A stretch of 64,000 nt of DNA, from the NCBI GenBank assembly GCA_023213395.1, contig CM041465.1, forward strand, positions 150,605,741-150,669,740, in the 5' to 3' direction. This document shows, one piece after another, positions 24,330 to 38,100 of the stretch (positions within the stretch are counted from its first letter, which is position 1; every line of letters begins with the position of its first letter). The stretch comes from Cycas panzhihuaensis (Eukaryota; Plantae; Cycadophyta). Under the pieces are notes generated by a model. The model did not search any database and was not told the origin of the DNA. It worked only from the letters and a program-made list of their open reading frames with translations. A program made the translations under genes and the position numbers.

Positions 24330-25334
24330 TGATCCAAATTAGATGAAAAAGTAACAACTTAATCTAATTAAAATAACTCATATTCAATATTTCTAATATA
24401 TTTGTATTACATTTGATAATATTCTTATAAATATGTTTATTTTTTGGGCTCTAATAAGCATTTTCTAAGTTGCTACAACAACCTGGGAATGAATAGAAGA
24501 TATTTGGTCTTTTTCTTAGCCATTATATCCTCCGTGGAATATTTTTCTAGTGATCTTGATGTGGGGATTTGCCCTTTGTTTGGCCATAAACTCGCTTTTC
24601 TTAGAGGCTTAAGACTTGGCATCTCTTCTGGAATGCTTTTACTATCTTTTTAATTCTCCCCAACTGTGTCTAAAACTTTTGGGTCTTCTTCTTACCTCAC
24701 AAATAGATCTAGGTTGTTTTTTTTTTCCCCTTTCTATGCTCCTCCCTGTTTGTTCAACTTCCCTCCCTACATTTGTTCTTTTTTATTATTTTTTTATTCT
24801 TTTATATCTTAATTTTCCTTCATTTATAATTGATAAAAAATAAGTTAAAAAATTCATTTATGTCTCTTAACAAATAGTTAATATGTGTACAGTTATGCTC
24901 GGTAATTTTATGATCATTAGATCACTTTTTTTACTATCAATTATAGTCCAATTATACCTAGTTGTATCTCATCATACCTATCTACAGTCTAGTCATGTCT
25001 AGTATTAGCCTAATCACACTTGGTTACATCTGCTTGCAATTTTGTTAAAACTAGTTATAGTCTATTCATACCTAGTTGTACCTACTCATAATTTAGTTGG
25101 ACCTAGTTATAGTCTAGTCACACCTCGTCATAGTTTGGTTGCACCTAGTCACACCTGCTCATAGTTTGGTCATACCTACTCATACTTGGTAATACATATT
25201 TTTTTCATTTTTTAGAGCACATAATTCTATTTTTTCACCTACTGAATGTTAAAAACACTTGTGGGACTCCATCCAAAGATATTTGTATTCTTTTAGTGGG
25301 AAAATAAGGATAAAAAAGGATCTGATTCAGATTT
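24330..25334 (-). repeat. 5' LTR of the CRM-like element
   Basis: Repeat of 12855-13866 with an adjacent PBS remnant; right boundary approximate. Confidence 0.8.
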
Positions 25335-26043
25335 TTTTTTTTCCCTTAGATCACCCAACTCATCTCTTATTTATTTTTATAGTCCACGAGATCATTTTTT
25401 TACCCCTGTTAGTGATTTAGCACCCATGATGGCCTTCCACTTTCCAAATACCATTTGACCCCCCATTTTTTATTATCTTTGTTACCTTTACTAGTTATCC
25501 CCTACACCTTATTCATGCCTTTAGCTTAGCTTTTTGTGGACTCTAGTCTCCTTCAATTATGCTACTGGCTTCTAGGTTCCTCATGCTATCCCACTCATTA
25601 CCTTGCTAAGTTATTGGGTACCTTTACCCCCCCTTCCATTAGCACATGTACCATTTATGCCAAATGATACTTTGCTAGTTGTCTTATTATTTCTTTACTC
25701 TAGTTTTACTTGGGCCTTAGTTAGTCATATATGCAACTTGGATAAGGAATCTATGGTGATTCTTGAATGCTCCTTATCTTTAGTATGCCTTAGTTCTTCA
25801 TAGTCATTGATCAGTTGATCCTACTCCATGCATGCCCCACTATTAACACTCAAGATTATCACATGACCTGCCCCTTGTATTTTGCGATTTGACCTCCTCA
25901 CTAGGTGCTTACTATGTGATATTCATTCTATTAAAGTATTGTTGTTATAACAACCCCCTTAAACTTCCTCATGGTCTAACCAACCTATATATCTACCTCA
26001 TACCACCTAAGCGATTACATATATATATGCCCTTTAAAGCTAT

Positions 26044-26045
<2 letters not shown>

Positions 26046-26076
<31 letters not shown>
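26046..26076. repeat. (AG)n microsatellite
   Basis: Direct observation; similar tracts at 34954-34969 (CA) and 42069-42090 (AG). Confidence 0.95.
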
Positions 26077-26079
<3 letters not shown>

Positions 26080-26508
26080 AGAGCCTAAAAAGGGTACCAA
26101 AAAAAAAGGGAAGGGGGGATGTATATATAGAATAAGGTATGTTTTAATAGGGCATATCTACCACCATATTCTTAGCATCTAGGGTAGGTCATATGATGGT
26201 CTCATCCCCACCTACAATTTATAGTTTAGACCCAGATAAGTGGGCCATTTAGAACCTTCAGATCCAATTGTTTGGACCCACCATAGCCTCAATTATAATT
26301 GAAACCCACTTAGCATAGTTATTACTTTAGGTAAATTTTTGAAAAATTTACGATCCTAATATATAGTCATTCTTAAGGACTAAGAGTTTCTATTCCAGTT
26401 AGAATTACACGCCCATGTGAGTTCCCTTTTGTTGATCATTGATTTTTACAATTTCCCTTCATTTAGTGAGCCCATCCTGAGTCATCATTGTATATCCCCA
26501 TAGCATTA

Positions 26509-26928
26509 ATCATCTATACTAATGGTGGTAGCCATGGAAATCTAGGGCCTTCTGTTACAACCTAGATCATTCAAGATCACTGTGTAAATACCTTAGTTCG
26601 ATCTAGGATTTACCTACCAAAAGCCACCAATAATGAAGTCTAGTATGCTACCATCATAGAGGCTTTGATTAATGCACTCTACTTCCACCATGGCTCTATC
26701 ATTCTATATTGTGATTCCTAGATTGTCATATCCTAACTCATCTAGGTTTATTATATTCATTACCCATAATTGAGGTCTTTAGCCATGTCTGCTAAATCCC
26801 TCTTAGCTTAGTTTTCCTTTGTTGACATTCATTATGTCCCTTATGGACTTAATACTAAAGTTAATATATTAGTGAACTACATCCTTGAGCATTGTTTACC
26901 ATTGGTGGACAACTCTCCTTCAACCTAA
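26509..26928 (+). pseudogene. Archaeal-type RNase H (aRH) of the Tat element, separate from and downstream of integrase
   Basis: One frame reads IIYTNGGSHGNLGPS...KATNNEV*YATIIEAL...LYCDS*IVIS*L...FVDIHYVPYGLNTKVNILVN. This matches the aRH motifs YTDGxSRGNPG, TNNEAEY, DSxLV and HVPRxxNxxADxLAN after deamination. Confidence 0.85.
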
Positions 26929-27037
26929 TATATCATCTATTGAGGTTTATATTTAGGGGGCAATCCCTCTTAGCCTCACCTCTGAGGGGTACTCACTGAT
27001 GAGGTAAAACTATGGTGACAACCTCTGGCTTACAGAG

Positions 27038-30000
27038 TGTTAAAACATATAACAACACCTTATTTGTAAAATATATGTATCATATCTTTGTATTCTATAT
27101 ATCATTAGGACACCCTTATGTAAATTATGATGTAATTGATAAATTGGTTAGGTCTACCTACTTTTCCAATATTTTAGCCAATGATATTATTGTATATTTA
27201 GGTTCATATACTTATAGATTAAGTTATAACCCTAAGCTTTATATATTGATTCAATTTCTATGCAAAACCTCTACTGAAATCATAAATGATCACTTAACTA
27301 ATTTGATGATCGCATTGTTCTTTAATTAATTTGCTATGTTTTCTTTTGTGTTTTTAGTTTATTTCTCTAGTTTTATTTAAATACACATGTATTTGATCTT
27401 GTTGACAAATTTGGCATGGTATCAGAGCTATTTGTATGCATTTTTATCAATATTTTGTGAGTTTGATCATGAAATGATGGCCTATTTTTCAATAACAACA
27501 CCTCGTTCACTATCATTTCTTAAATTTTTAGTGAGCTTTAGTAGTATGCAGTAAATTTAATATTACTCTAAATGTTGTTCATCACATATCAATTGCCATT
27601 TATAGCCTGATAGGTTTGTCATAGTCCTTAGGCCTCTCTACTATAGTTTCACATGAAAATGACATATCGTTTCAGTCATTCAATCATTATTTTTTGCTAT
27701 ATACCAAAGTGACATGGTTTAAAAATTGTCCATTTGCTCTCTAATCTGTATTCTGTTAGCCTGCAAACACTCTATAGAGCTATGTAGGAGTCTCAAAGAC
27801 ATTTTCTATTGGTATTTAAAGAGAGTTTTCCCTTCATTTGCCTCTATTTACTATATGGCCTCTCCATATCCTTGTCACCTTTTTCTTTATATTACAACCT
27901 TGTACGAACCTATGGAATCTATAAAATGGTAGATCTAGCCCCTACACTCATCTGCAATCCATCCCAATGCTCACTGATGCATATGTGATTAGATTTAAAG
28001 TAGTTTTAAGTATGAATTTATGCTCTATTTATCAACATTTTTTTGAAACCTTCAAACGCTAAAATTCTTATTGAAAAATCTTTTTTTTTTTTTACATAAT
28101 TTGATTTGAATTAAGCTAGATTTGATTTTATGTTGAGATCTATACTAAGGGATAAAATTTTTAGTCATATTTTTATCCATATGACTGTGATCTATTTTTA
28201 AAAGGAGTAGATTCTAAAATTTTTAGGCTTTTTTTTATAACTTTTACAAAATTAAAATTAATATTTCATATTTGAATAGTTTTTCAAGTCTTTAGCCCTC
28301 TTAGCAACCCAATAGGTGGTCACATGTAGGCCTACTGAGATTAGAGGCTAATCAGTGAATGGGGCTTAAGCCACCCTAATCCAATTTTTTATTCACAAGG
28401 AGTACCTATCAATATTTTTTTAATAACTTTTTAATAGGAAGTTAGATTTAAGCATTGTCTAAACCATAAGAATTATGATTTAAAGCTTTATAGATTGTAG
28501 CCATTTTTAGCCAAATTTGAGTAGTTTTTAAATGAGTCACAAGCTACCAAAGTTGTAACTTATATTTAGGTTATAATAAGTCTTATTTTTAGAAATTTAA
28601 GGTCTTATTTTCATTTTGGATAGAATCTATCTACTGAATGCTATTTATTTATCACTTATATGTTATCCTATCTTGGTTTTCTAGATAACAAATGCTTATG
28701 CTTTATGGTTGTGGCTATTCTTTTTAGGTAAAAAGGATGATCTTCACTTGAAGTAAAGTTCTAAAGAAAAAACACTCTTAATACTATATCCCTTTGAATT
28801 TTTACATTTCCTTTCAATTTTTATTTTCATTTATTGAAAAGAACCCTTGTTTTAAGTAAGATCATATTAAAATTAATTTTCAACTCAAAAGATTAATAAG
28901 GCAATCCCTAATTTATAAGAAAACTTTTCTAAACTTATAAGGGAAATGGTTTGAATCCCTAAAGTTACCACTCTATATATGTCTTTCAATCTTCTTTAAT
29001 TCTATAGATATTAGAGAAGACCATTGGTTGTAAAATATATTAAGTGATGGAATAAGGTGTAAACCCTACCGTTAGAATTTGGAGATCAAGTTAGACCCAG
29101 AGTGAGTAAGTGCCTTAATTAGTAGTTGTTAGTTAGATCTATCACTATGCATAAGTCTAACATACGTGAACTAATAAGTTAGAGGGGTTATTGACCCTTA
29201 TAATAACCCACATACTAAGGTATATAAAGCCTAGAGCTCACATACTAACATATAGGGTTTCTAATTTACCACTTGTGGGTAGGTTCCACTGAATAGAATA
29301 GTAATTGAGGGCTTCATAAAGACCCCTAAACTTAGCATTTTAGTTTAGCAGCCCCACTAGGTAGATAGAGCATAAGAATGACACAAAAATATACTAGAGT
29401 CACTCTAAATGACACACTAAAATGGCAACCCAAATGCTCTTATCCAATACCATCAAACTTAGTGGTATATATGACCTTTTAACCTAGAAGAAATAGGTTA
29501 AAAACCTTCTTACCATGAATAATTATTAGGCCTATATCAATGGTGACATACCCCTATCCAAACTTACTAAGGATCTAAATAATCTAATTATTAAAATCTC
29601 ACCTAATCCAATTACCTTAGCTAACTTTAAAACTAAGGATAATATAGTCTTATCATTGCTCCGCTTGGATGTAGAAAACCAAGTGGATCAAAATATTAAA
29701 ATAGCTCACACCTCCCATGAAGCCTGGAGTATTATTTACACCCTTTACGAGAGGAAAGATGATTTTAGGTCCTTAACCTTAAAAGCATACCTATTTGGTA
29801 TACCTTTTACTAGAACTATCACATCCCACCTAACAGAAATTAAAACAATAAGAAATTAACTCATCATCTTTGGTGGACCTCCCTTTGATCATGACCTTAT
29901 ATCAAGCATCCTCGATATTCTTCTCATAGAATATAATAGTTTTACATCTAGACTTTAATGGCTAAATTACCACCCAAGTCATCTTAAAACCCTTGCTAAG

Positions 30001-33000
30001 TAGTTTAACTCTTTGAACATCTTATAATAGCCAAGTCAGTAGCCAACACATCAATAACCATAGTCTTAATAGATTAGCACTTACTCTCAATAACATCAAT
30101 AGCCTCAATAGTCATAATAACCACAACAGTCTCACCCACCAAGGAATTAATATTATAGATAAAATATTACCTATATATATTATAGCAAAAATGGACACCT
30201 TACTATTGGCTATAGGAGAAGACAAGTTGATTTTTAGATGTTTTACAACTAAGGGAGACAACATGTGGGCCTAAATTTCAATAAGGTGGCACTAGCTTTT
30301 AATAAGGAGGTCCTAGCCTTTAATAAAATGACCCTTATTTCTAATAAGGAGGCCTTAACTTTCCATAAAAAGGACCAACTTTTCAACAACCAGGGCAATA
30401 CTGGCAACAAAATTTAAATCAAAGGTAAAATTAGAACCAACACCAACTGAATAAGTAAAGGTTCCCACTAAGAAACTCAAGGAACAACCAAAATATATAA
30501 TAAGGATGCAATTTGGCTAATTATCAACCGTCCTCATAAAACTTATTCTTTGTAGTTTTGTCATCCCAATTTGATGACAATTCTTAGTTACTAGATTCAG
30601 GTGCTATATGCCATATGATAGGCACTAAAGACCTATTAGAGGAAACTTACCTAATTAGAGCTCAAATAATCATATTTAGAGATAATCTTACCTAAATTAG
30701 AAGAGCTCCTATTACTTTGAAGGGCTCTAAAATCTGGTAGCACATAAGCAATATTTTCCTAGTTCTAGGCATGAAGATGAACTTGCTCTCTATCATCTAA
30801 ATTAATAAATAAAACATAGATGTCCTTTCTAGTCAAGGCATTTGTACAATCATAGACCATACTACTAGACAACTCATTATAATAGGACATGAAGATAATG
30901 ACTTCTATAAACTTAATAGGGTTCCACTCCCTACTAGTCCATCATAAGAAGCCTATTCTACGGTACATAGTAATCACCTTCATAAGGGAAAAGTTATCAT
31001 GGTTGAAGACCAAGCCCTTAACTAAGATCAAGATAAATGCTCATATTCTGAGGAAAAAATTATCTCTAATAATACCAAGGACTAATTATGGAATCAACAT
31101 CTTGGCCACCTGAACATGTAGAGCTTAAATCTCATATTTAGGCTACATATAGTCTATGGACTTCTAGTTATTAGGAGAAACATATGCATTTATGAGGCCT
31201 GGTTAATGAGTAAATAACATAGAGAGTTATTCCTATTAAATAAAATATGGAGAGCCTTAGAACATTGGGATTAGTCCACTTAGATATTTTTGGGCCTATG
31301 TCAGTTCCTTCACTCAATGGAAATGTATTCTTCATGATATTTATAGATGGCTATTCCAGAAAGGTACGGGTCTACTTCCTTAGGAATAAGTTCCAAGCTT
31401 TTAACAGGTTTAAAGAATTCAAGGCTAAAGTAGAAAATGAAAGTGGCATGTACATCAAGATCTTAAGATCTAATAATAGAGTGGGGTATATATCAAACTA
31501 ATTCACCAATTTTTACAAATATTATGGCATTAAATACTAATTCTCATCTCTCATATACCTTAATAAAATGGTATAGTAGAAATGATAAATCAAATATTGA
31601 CAAATAAAGAAAAAGCTATGTTGAGTGCTATAAATCTTACTATTAAGTTTTAGGTTTAAGCCATATCAACTACTATTTATCTGACTAATAGAAGTGCCAT
31701 AGTAGTAGTCAAAGATATCACCCTTGAGGAGGCTTAGTCACGTATTAAACTAATAGTTTGTCATCTAAGGGTATTTGGATGTATAGTCCACAAATTCATC
31801 CCCAAGGAGAATAGGAAGAAATTAGATGATAAAATACTCAAGTATAATTTCCTTAGCTATATACCCGACTATAAAGCCTATAAATTTATGACACTATTGG
31901 AAACCAAGACTACACTACTCAGGATATAATATTTACTGAAAATACTCAAGAGCTAGATACCTCACAAATCTAGTTTGTAGTAAAAAATGATATTGGTGTA
32001 CATGAAGTGCCTCTTATTCCAATTTTAGAGTCACTATCACCTACACCTCCAACACATTAGGTTTATTTTCATCTCCAATAGCCTCAACATCTATATTAGA
32101 TGCTAGCATATCAATGCCAACTATATCAATTGATGACATTCAAGTGGAGGCCACTAGTTTTCAACCACCTCATAAGTGGGTTTGGCAATTGCTAAAGGAT
32201 GCTCCTCCTCCTCACTTAGCTTCCAAAAGAGAGTCTAAAATAAGACACTCCACCAACTTTTCCTTAATGGCACATGTCCTTGAGACCTCTGAGCCTTCCA
32301 CATTTAAGGAAGTAGTCAAAGACCAAATATAGAAAACAACAATAGATGAAGAGATGAATTATATCCTTAAGAATGACACATAGGAGCTAATGGAGCTACC
32401 ACCTAGTAAGAAGCTAATTAATTATTAATGGTTTTATAAGACCAAATTCCATGCAAATAATACCATTAAGCATTATAAATCTTATCTAGTTGTAAGAGGT
32501 TTCAAATAGCAAGAGGGGATTAATTATGATGAGACCTTTGTACCGGTAGCTAACATAACCACATTCTATTTGGTTATGTCTCTTATGACCTAATTCAATT
32601 GCCATATGTATCAAATAGATGTGAAGAGTGCTTTCCTAAATGGAGAGCTCACAGAAGAGGTTTTCTTGAAACAACCTCATAGCTATGTTATTCCTAGTAA
32701 AGAACACCTAGTCTGTAAGCTCAAGAAAGCCTTATATAGACTAAAGCATGTACCATATACTTGGTATGCAGAGATTGATGCCTTTTTCATAAATTATAGA
32801 TTTACTTATTCACCCTCTGATTTAGATCTATACATTCAAATTAGAGACAACTTAATCATAATCATTGTGCTCTATATGAATGACTTGCTAATTACGAGTA
32901 ATGACAATGAAATTATAGCTTGGTTATAGTTAGAACTTAAAAGTAGCTTCAAGATGATCGATCTTAGGTTACTTCACTATTTCCTTGATATTGAAGTATA

Positions 33001-34215
33001 GTAGGAACTAGGATAAATATTTCTATCACAACCCAAATACTTTAATAATCTCTTACAGTAGTTCAGAATGACTAATTACAAGCTTGTACTAATTCTAATA
33101 AAAACTAGAACCAAGCTTAATTTGGATGAATAAGGAAAGCACTTTAATCCTATATTATACTAGTCAATCATTGGAAACCTTATCTACCTTACTCACATTC
33201 ATCTAAACATCTCTTATGTAGTTGGGATCTATTCTAGGTATATGTCGTAGCCCAAAGTATCCCATTGGAAGGTTTCCACTAGAATCCTTAAGTACATATA
33301 TGACATACATTAGTTTGGACTTGATTATAACCAAATTCAATCTCCTATTATAAAAGGTTATAGAGATGCTGATTAGGCAAGTTGTTAAGATACATGTCTT
33401 TTAATATTAGGATACTATTTTGATATGAACTTAGTTATAATCTTCTAGAGCTATAAGAAATAGCCTAATATTGCTCTCTCTTTCACCAAAGTTAAATATA
33501 AAATAGTTATCTATATCATCACATAGTTGATTTGGCTTAGAAGGTTTCTTACTAAGCTTAGACTTCAACAAACTTTAGCTACAATTTTTTATTGTGACAA
33601 CCAAAGTGTATTGAAGATGACAAGTAATCTTATTTTCCATGCTAGAACCAAGCACATAGAGGTCCACCATTACTTCATCCATGAGCATATTTAAAACAAA
33701 GAAGTTGACCTTGTCTACTAACCAACTAAGGACTAGGTTGTATATATCTTTACCAAGTTTCTTAGCAAAATAAAATTTGAAAGGTTTAGGCACAACCTTG
33801 GAATCAAGTCTAATGAAACTATCATTAGGGGAGGGTGTAAAACATGTAACAACACCTTACTTGTAAAATATATGTATCATATCTTTGTATTCTATGTATC
33901 TAGTGCATCCCTGTGTAAATTATGATGTAATTGATAAATTGGTTGGGTCCATCCACTTTATTGATATATTAACCAATGATATTATTATATTTTTGGGTGC
34001 ATATGCTTATAAATTAAGCTATAACCCTAAGCTTTATATATTGATTCAATTTTTATGTAGAAGCTCTATTGAAATCATAAACAATCACTTAACTAATTTG
34101 ACAATCACATTGTTCTTTAATTAATTGTTCTACTCCATTTTCTTATGTATTTTTAGTTTATTACTTTGGTTTTATTTAAATGCATATATATTTGATCTTG
34201 TCAATGAATTTAGCA
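27038..34215 (+). mobile_element. Full-length degenerate Ty1/copia element with ~2-kb 5' UTR
   Basis: LTRs 27038-27416 and 33836-34215, PBS TGGTATCAGAGC at 27417-27428, PPT AGGGGAGGG before 33836. The TSD is not clean (CAGAG/CATAT). Confidence 0.9.
29422..33830 (+). pseudogene. gag-pol: Copia gag-PR-INT-RT-RH polyprotein, many stops
   Basis: PR LLDSGAICHM; INT LVHLDIFGPM..FIDGYSRK; RT YQIDVKSAFLNG..KLKKALYRLK..LYMNDLLI; RH YCDNQS..FHARTKHIEV. Confidence 0.9.
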
Positions 34216-35162
34216 CATATCCCCTTTAGGAAACGAAGCCATGTTATCGAAGCTTCCCACGTTCTCTAATGAGAGTCTAAACCACCACTATACTCTAAAA
34301 TAAGAGCAAACTAACATATATCTTGTACATATTAGACTAGGATACATATTTTATAGGTAGCACCACTCCTTTATATTATATATCCTTGATCTTCTTATTT
34401 TATCATCCTTTCTTTTGTTTAGGTATTTCTTTTGATGCAACCCTTACTTCTAAAAAGCACCAAAAATAATATAAAACTATAAAAGATAATAAAAAATTAA
34501 TAAAACATCCAAAAATACAAAAATGATATAAGACAACAAAATACAAAAAAATGATTAAATATCAAAAATAAAAAATCTTACCTTTGAAAGATAGTTAATA
34601 ATGAGGTAAAACTATAGTGACCAATCTTAGATCATTATGCCTTTCTTCCCCTTGGATATCTAAGGTATTGCTTCATGTATTCAAGGGGCTTTGGGCTTCT
34701 AAGCCCTATACTTAGGCCACACTACTTACCTTATCCTATCATGGGGGCACCTCCCTCTATTGTTTAACATCTCTGTTTGTGCATGCTTAGGATTTATAGC
34801 CATCGATCTTAGGATTGATCTTTTCATATACTCATCATCCCACCTACCTTGTGAACCTTTATCATAGGTTCCCTAGGAGGCTAAACTAAGGGGCAAACCC
34901 TGTATGATTTATTGCTAATGAGATATAACTATGGTAGCCACTACCCCATATAACACACACACACACACATTTAATTTTTGTTATTATCATATTTCATATA
35001 ATTTATATTGGCAATATTCACCATCTTCTAGCTTTAGATCAAAGAGGTTTTATTGCCAAGGGGGTAGTGTTTCCTAGCTTTCAGGAATGGGGTTTGGATA
35101 CTTGACTAGATAAGGTAAATACATATATGTTTTTACCTCTTTTCACTCTTTATTGATTTATA

Positions 35163-38100
35163 TTTTAGATATATTAAACACTTTATAAGTGTTACATGGG
35201 TATAGGCATTATAAACAAACCCTTTTGTGGGGTTCAAGGGGCCATTGTATGACCCCGGGTAGGGGGGTCTAGGGAGCCAGTGACCCCTCTAGGTCGAGGT
35301 TCAAGGGTAGGAGCCCCTGAGAAAAATTCTTAGGTGACTTATGGGGGTCTTTTTTGGCCTATGGTTTGTGCCTATTATATTGTAAAATCACAAGGTGGTA
35401 TCTTATAAAGTTATGTCTATATATTCATATGTAATAATATATGTAAAAGGTTGGATGAGTCTTTGATGAGTCAATAAGAAAAGTTGGAATTCTCATCTCT
35501 ACAATTCTTTGGTTATTGCTCAGATTAATGAAAGGTCTATGCTTAGACCTAAATATCCTAGTATTTTTTATTGTTTACTTAGTTTGTTTATGATATTTAT
35601 TCTTTGCATGGTTTAGAGTTCTATTAATACATTACTTCTGCAGTTTTATTTTCTCTTTATTTAGTATCAGATCTAAGGGTTTTAGTTTTGTGGAAGCCAT
35701 TTGGTGAGAGAAAGCCTTATTTAATAAACTTGAGTGTAAAGACCATGGAAAATACTACAAAGATGGAGATTGAAAAGTTCAATGGCTAGAACTTTGAGTT
35801 GTGGAAGCTAAAAATGGAAGATACCCTCATCAAGAAGGATTAATAGATCATTGTAGTATGAACATAGCCTGCGAATATGGATGATGAAGACTGGAAGAAG
35901 TTTGATAAAAATGTAATTAGTTCAATAAGGCTATGCATTTAAGACATGGTATTATTAAACGTTACCACATAGTCTATGGTTAATGATCTATAGAAGAAGT
36001 ACTCTATGTTAGACTAAGTCCCTAGTTAATAAGATATTTCTTCAAAAGAAGCTTTATTCACTTAGGATGAGTGATGGAGATATAATTGTAGATCATCTTA
36101 GTATATTTAATACTATGGTGAGCTAGCTTATTTTAGTTGGGATAATAATATTTGAAGAAGACAAGTGTATTACCCTATTATATTTGCTTCTTGATTCTTA
36201 GGATAATCTTGTGATGATAATTAGTAGCATAACTACCACCACCCTAAAATTTAATGATGTTATTATTGACTTACTATTGAAAGAGATGAGATAAAAATCT
36301 TTTGAGGATCATTTGAAAGAAGCATTAGTGATGAGAGGTCAAATGTTAGATTGCAACCAATAAAGGCCTACGAATAAACAACCAAAATCTAGAGGGAAAT
36401 CCAAATCTCTAAGTAGAGGCCCCTTAGTATGCTAGAGATGTGGGAAGACTAGCTATATAAAGAGATAATATCAAGTCAAAGTTGACAAGTGAAAGTCACC
36501 TAAAGCTACTCCTTCCATGGTATCAAAAGCCTTCGATGAAGCTGATGGTAATGTTTATTTAGAAACCGTAGGTAAATTATTAAATGTTGAGTCTAGGTTA
36601 ATTGAATTTGGTGCTTTGCTTTATGTTACTCCCCATAAGGAGAGATTTTGTGAATACAAAAGTATTAATAGAGGTGAAGTATATCTTGATGATCATTACC
36701 CATATAAAATTATAGGTCATAAAAGGATGAAGGTTCAGCTTGGGGATGGAAGGTTTAAAATTATCCCTAATGTGAGTCACATTCCTGGTTTAGCTATGAG
36801 TCTATTATATATTAGTCAATCGGGTGATGTAGGAGTAGAAGTGATTTTTAATAAAGACAGTAAAATGGTTCAAGGAACATTGGTATTGGTAAGAGAGGTC
36901 CAATGCCTAACTTGGAACACTATATAATCTTGATGTGAATATGGTATATGTCGGTAATTGCGGTATGACTATTATAGAAAGTAGAAATAATGTATGTAGG
37001 ATCCAAGTATCACTTGTTGGTAAAATAATGCTATGGCATCAGAGATTAGGCCATATCAGAGAGAAAAGCCTCCATGATTTATTCTCCAAAGGTATGGTAG
37101 AAGATATCTCTAGAATTAATGGATCCTTTGATTTTAATTTCTATGAGTATTGTGTGTGTGGCAAATAGAATCGATTCAGTTTTCCTTCAAGCTCGAAGAG
37201 AGTAAATAATATTCTACAATTAGTACATAGTGATATTTTTGGACCTATTAATATACCCTCATTAGGTAGGTCCAAATACTTTATCTCATTCATAAATGAT
37301 TTCTTAGGTAAGAATCTGAGGTCTTTAGTAAATTCAAAGAATTCAAGGCCTTGGTCAAAAATCACAGTGACAAGTGAATTAAGATACTAAGGATTAATAA
37401 TGGAAGTAAGTTTTACTAAAAGGAGTTTGAGTAGTCTTAAAAGTAGTGTGGGATAGCAAGGTAGAAGATAATTCTCTATATGCCATAGTAAAATGGAGTT
37501 ACTGAAAAGATGAATAAGACCTTACTAGAGAGTTTAAAGAGTATGCTCAATGATGCTAGTTTAAAGAAGAAATTCTAGGTTAAGGCTATGATGATAGTAA
37601 GCTACTTAAGAAATAGATCAACAATGACTGCCTTAGTGTATAAAACACCTAAAGAAATATGGTTTAGTAATAAACCATCTCTTAGTCATCTTAGAGTTTT
37701 TAGTTGTGAAGCTTTTACGCATGTTCCTAGATTATAAAAGATTAAACTTAATTTCAAAGCATAAAAGACTAATTTCATTGGATATGGTAATGACATTAAA
37801 GGGTACAATTTTTATAACCTTGAAATATAAAAAGTTATGTATAATAATGATGTTGTCTTTAAAGAGGAATTCAAGTCTCTGAAGAAGGATGAAGAACCAA
37901 AGGAAGAAGACTCTAAGAAGGTATAATTTAAGGTAAAGGGTGAATATTCTGCATTAGAATATGAGTTAGTTAAAGAGAAAGGACCATCTATAGAGGTAGC
38001 TCAACCTTAAGAACCCTACATCTTGAAGAGATCAACTCATGAGAGAAGATATCTTGATAAGTATATTTTTGAAGACTTCCATCAATCCTCTTTTGTTTTA

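Larger units (their letters stand above)
12855..25334 (-). mobile_element. Ty3/gypsy chromovirus, CRM-like, full length but degenerate
   Basis: ~1-kb LTR pair (12855-13866 and 24330-~25334), PBS-Met remnant at 24311-24322, PPT at 13867-13882, poly-T flanks, and gag-PR-RT-RH-INT-chromodomain order on the minus strand. Confidence 0.85.

Noticed and set aside
26990-27030. Canonical hammerhead ribozyme or retrozyme
   Set aside because: No helix II between CUGAUGA and (G)AAAC and no NUH cleavage triplet; kept only as a conserved motif.
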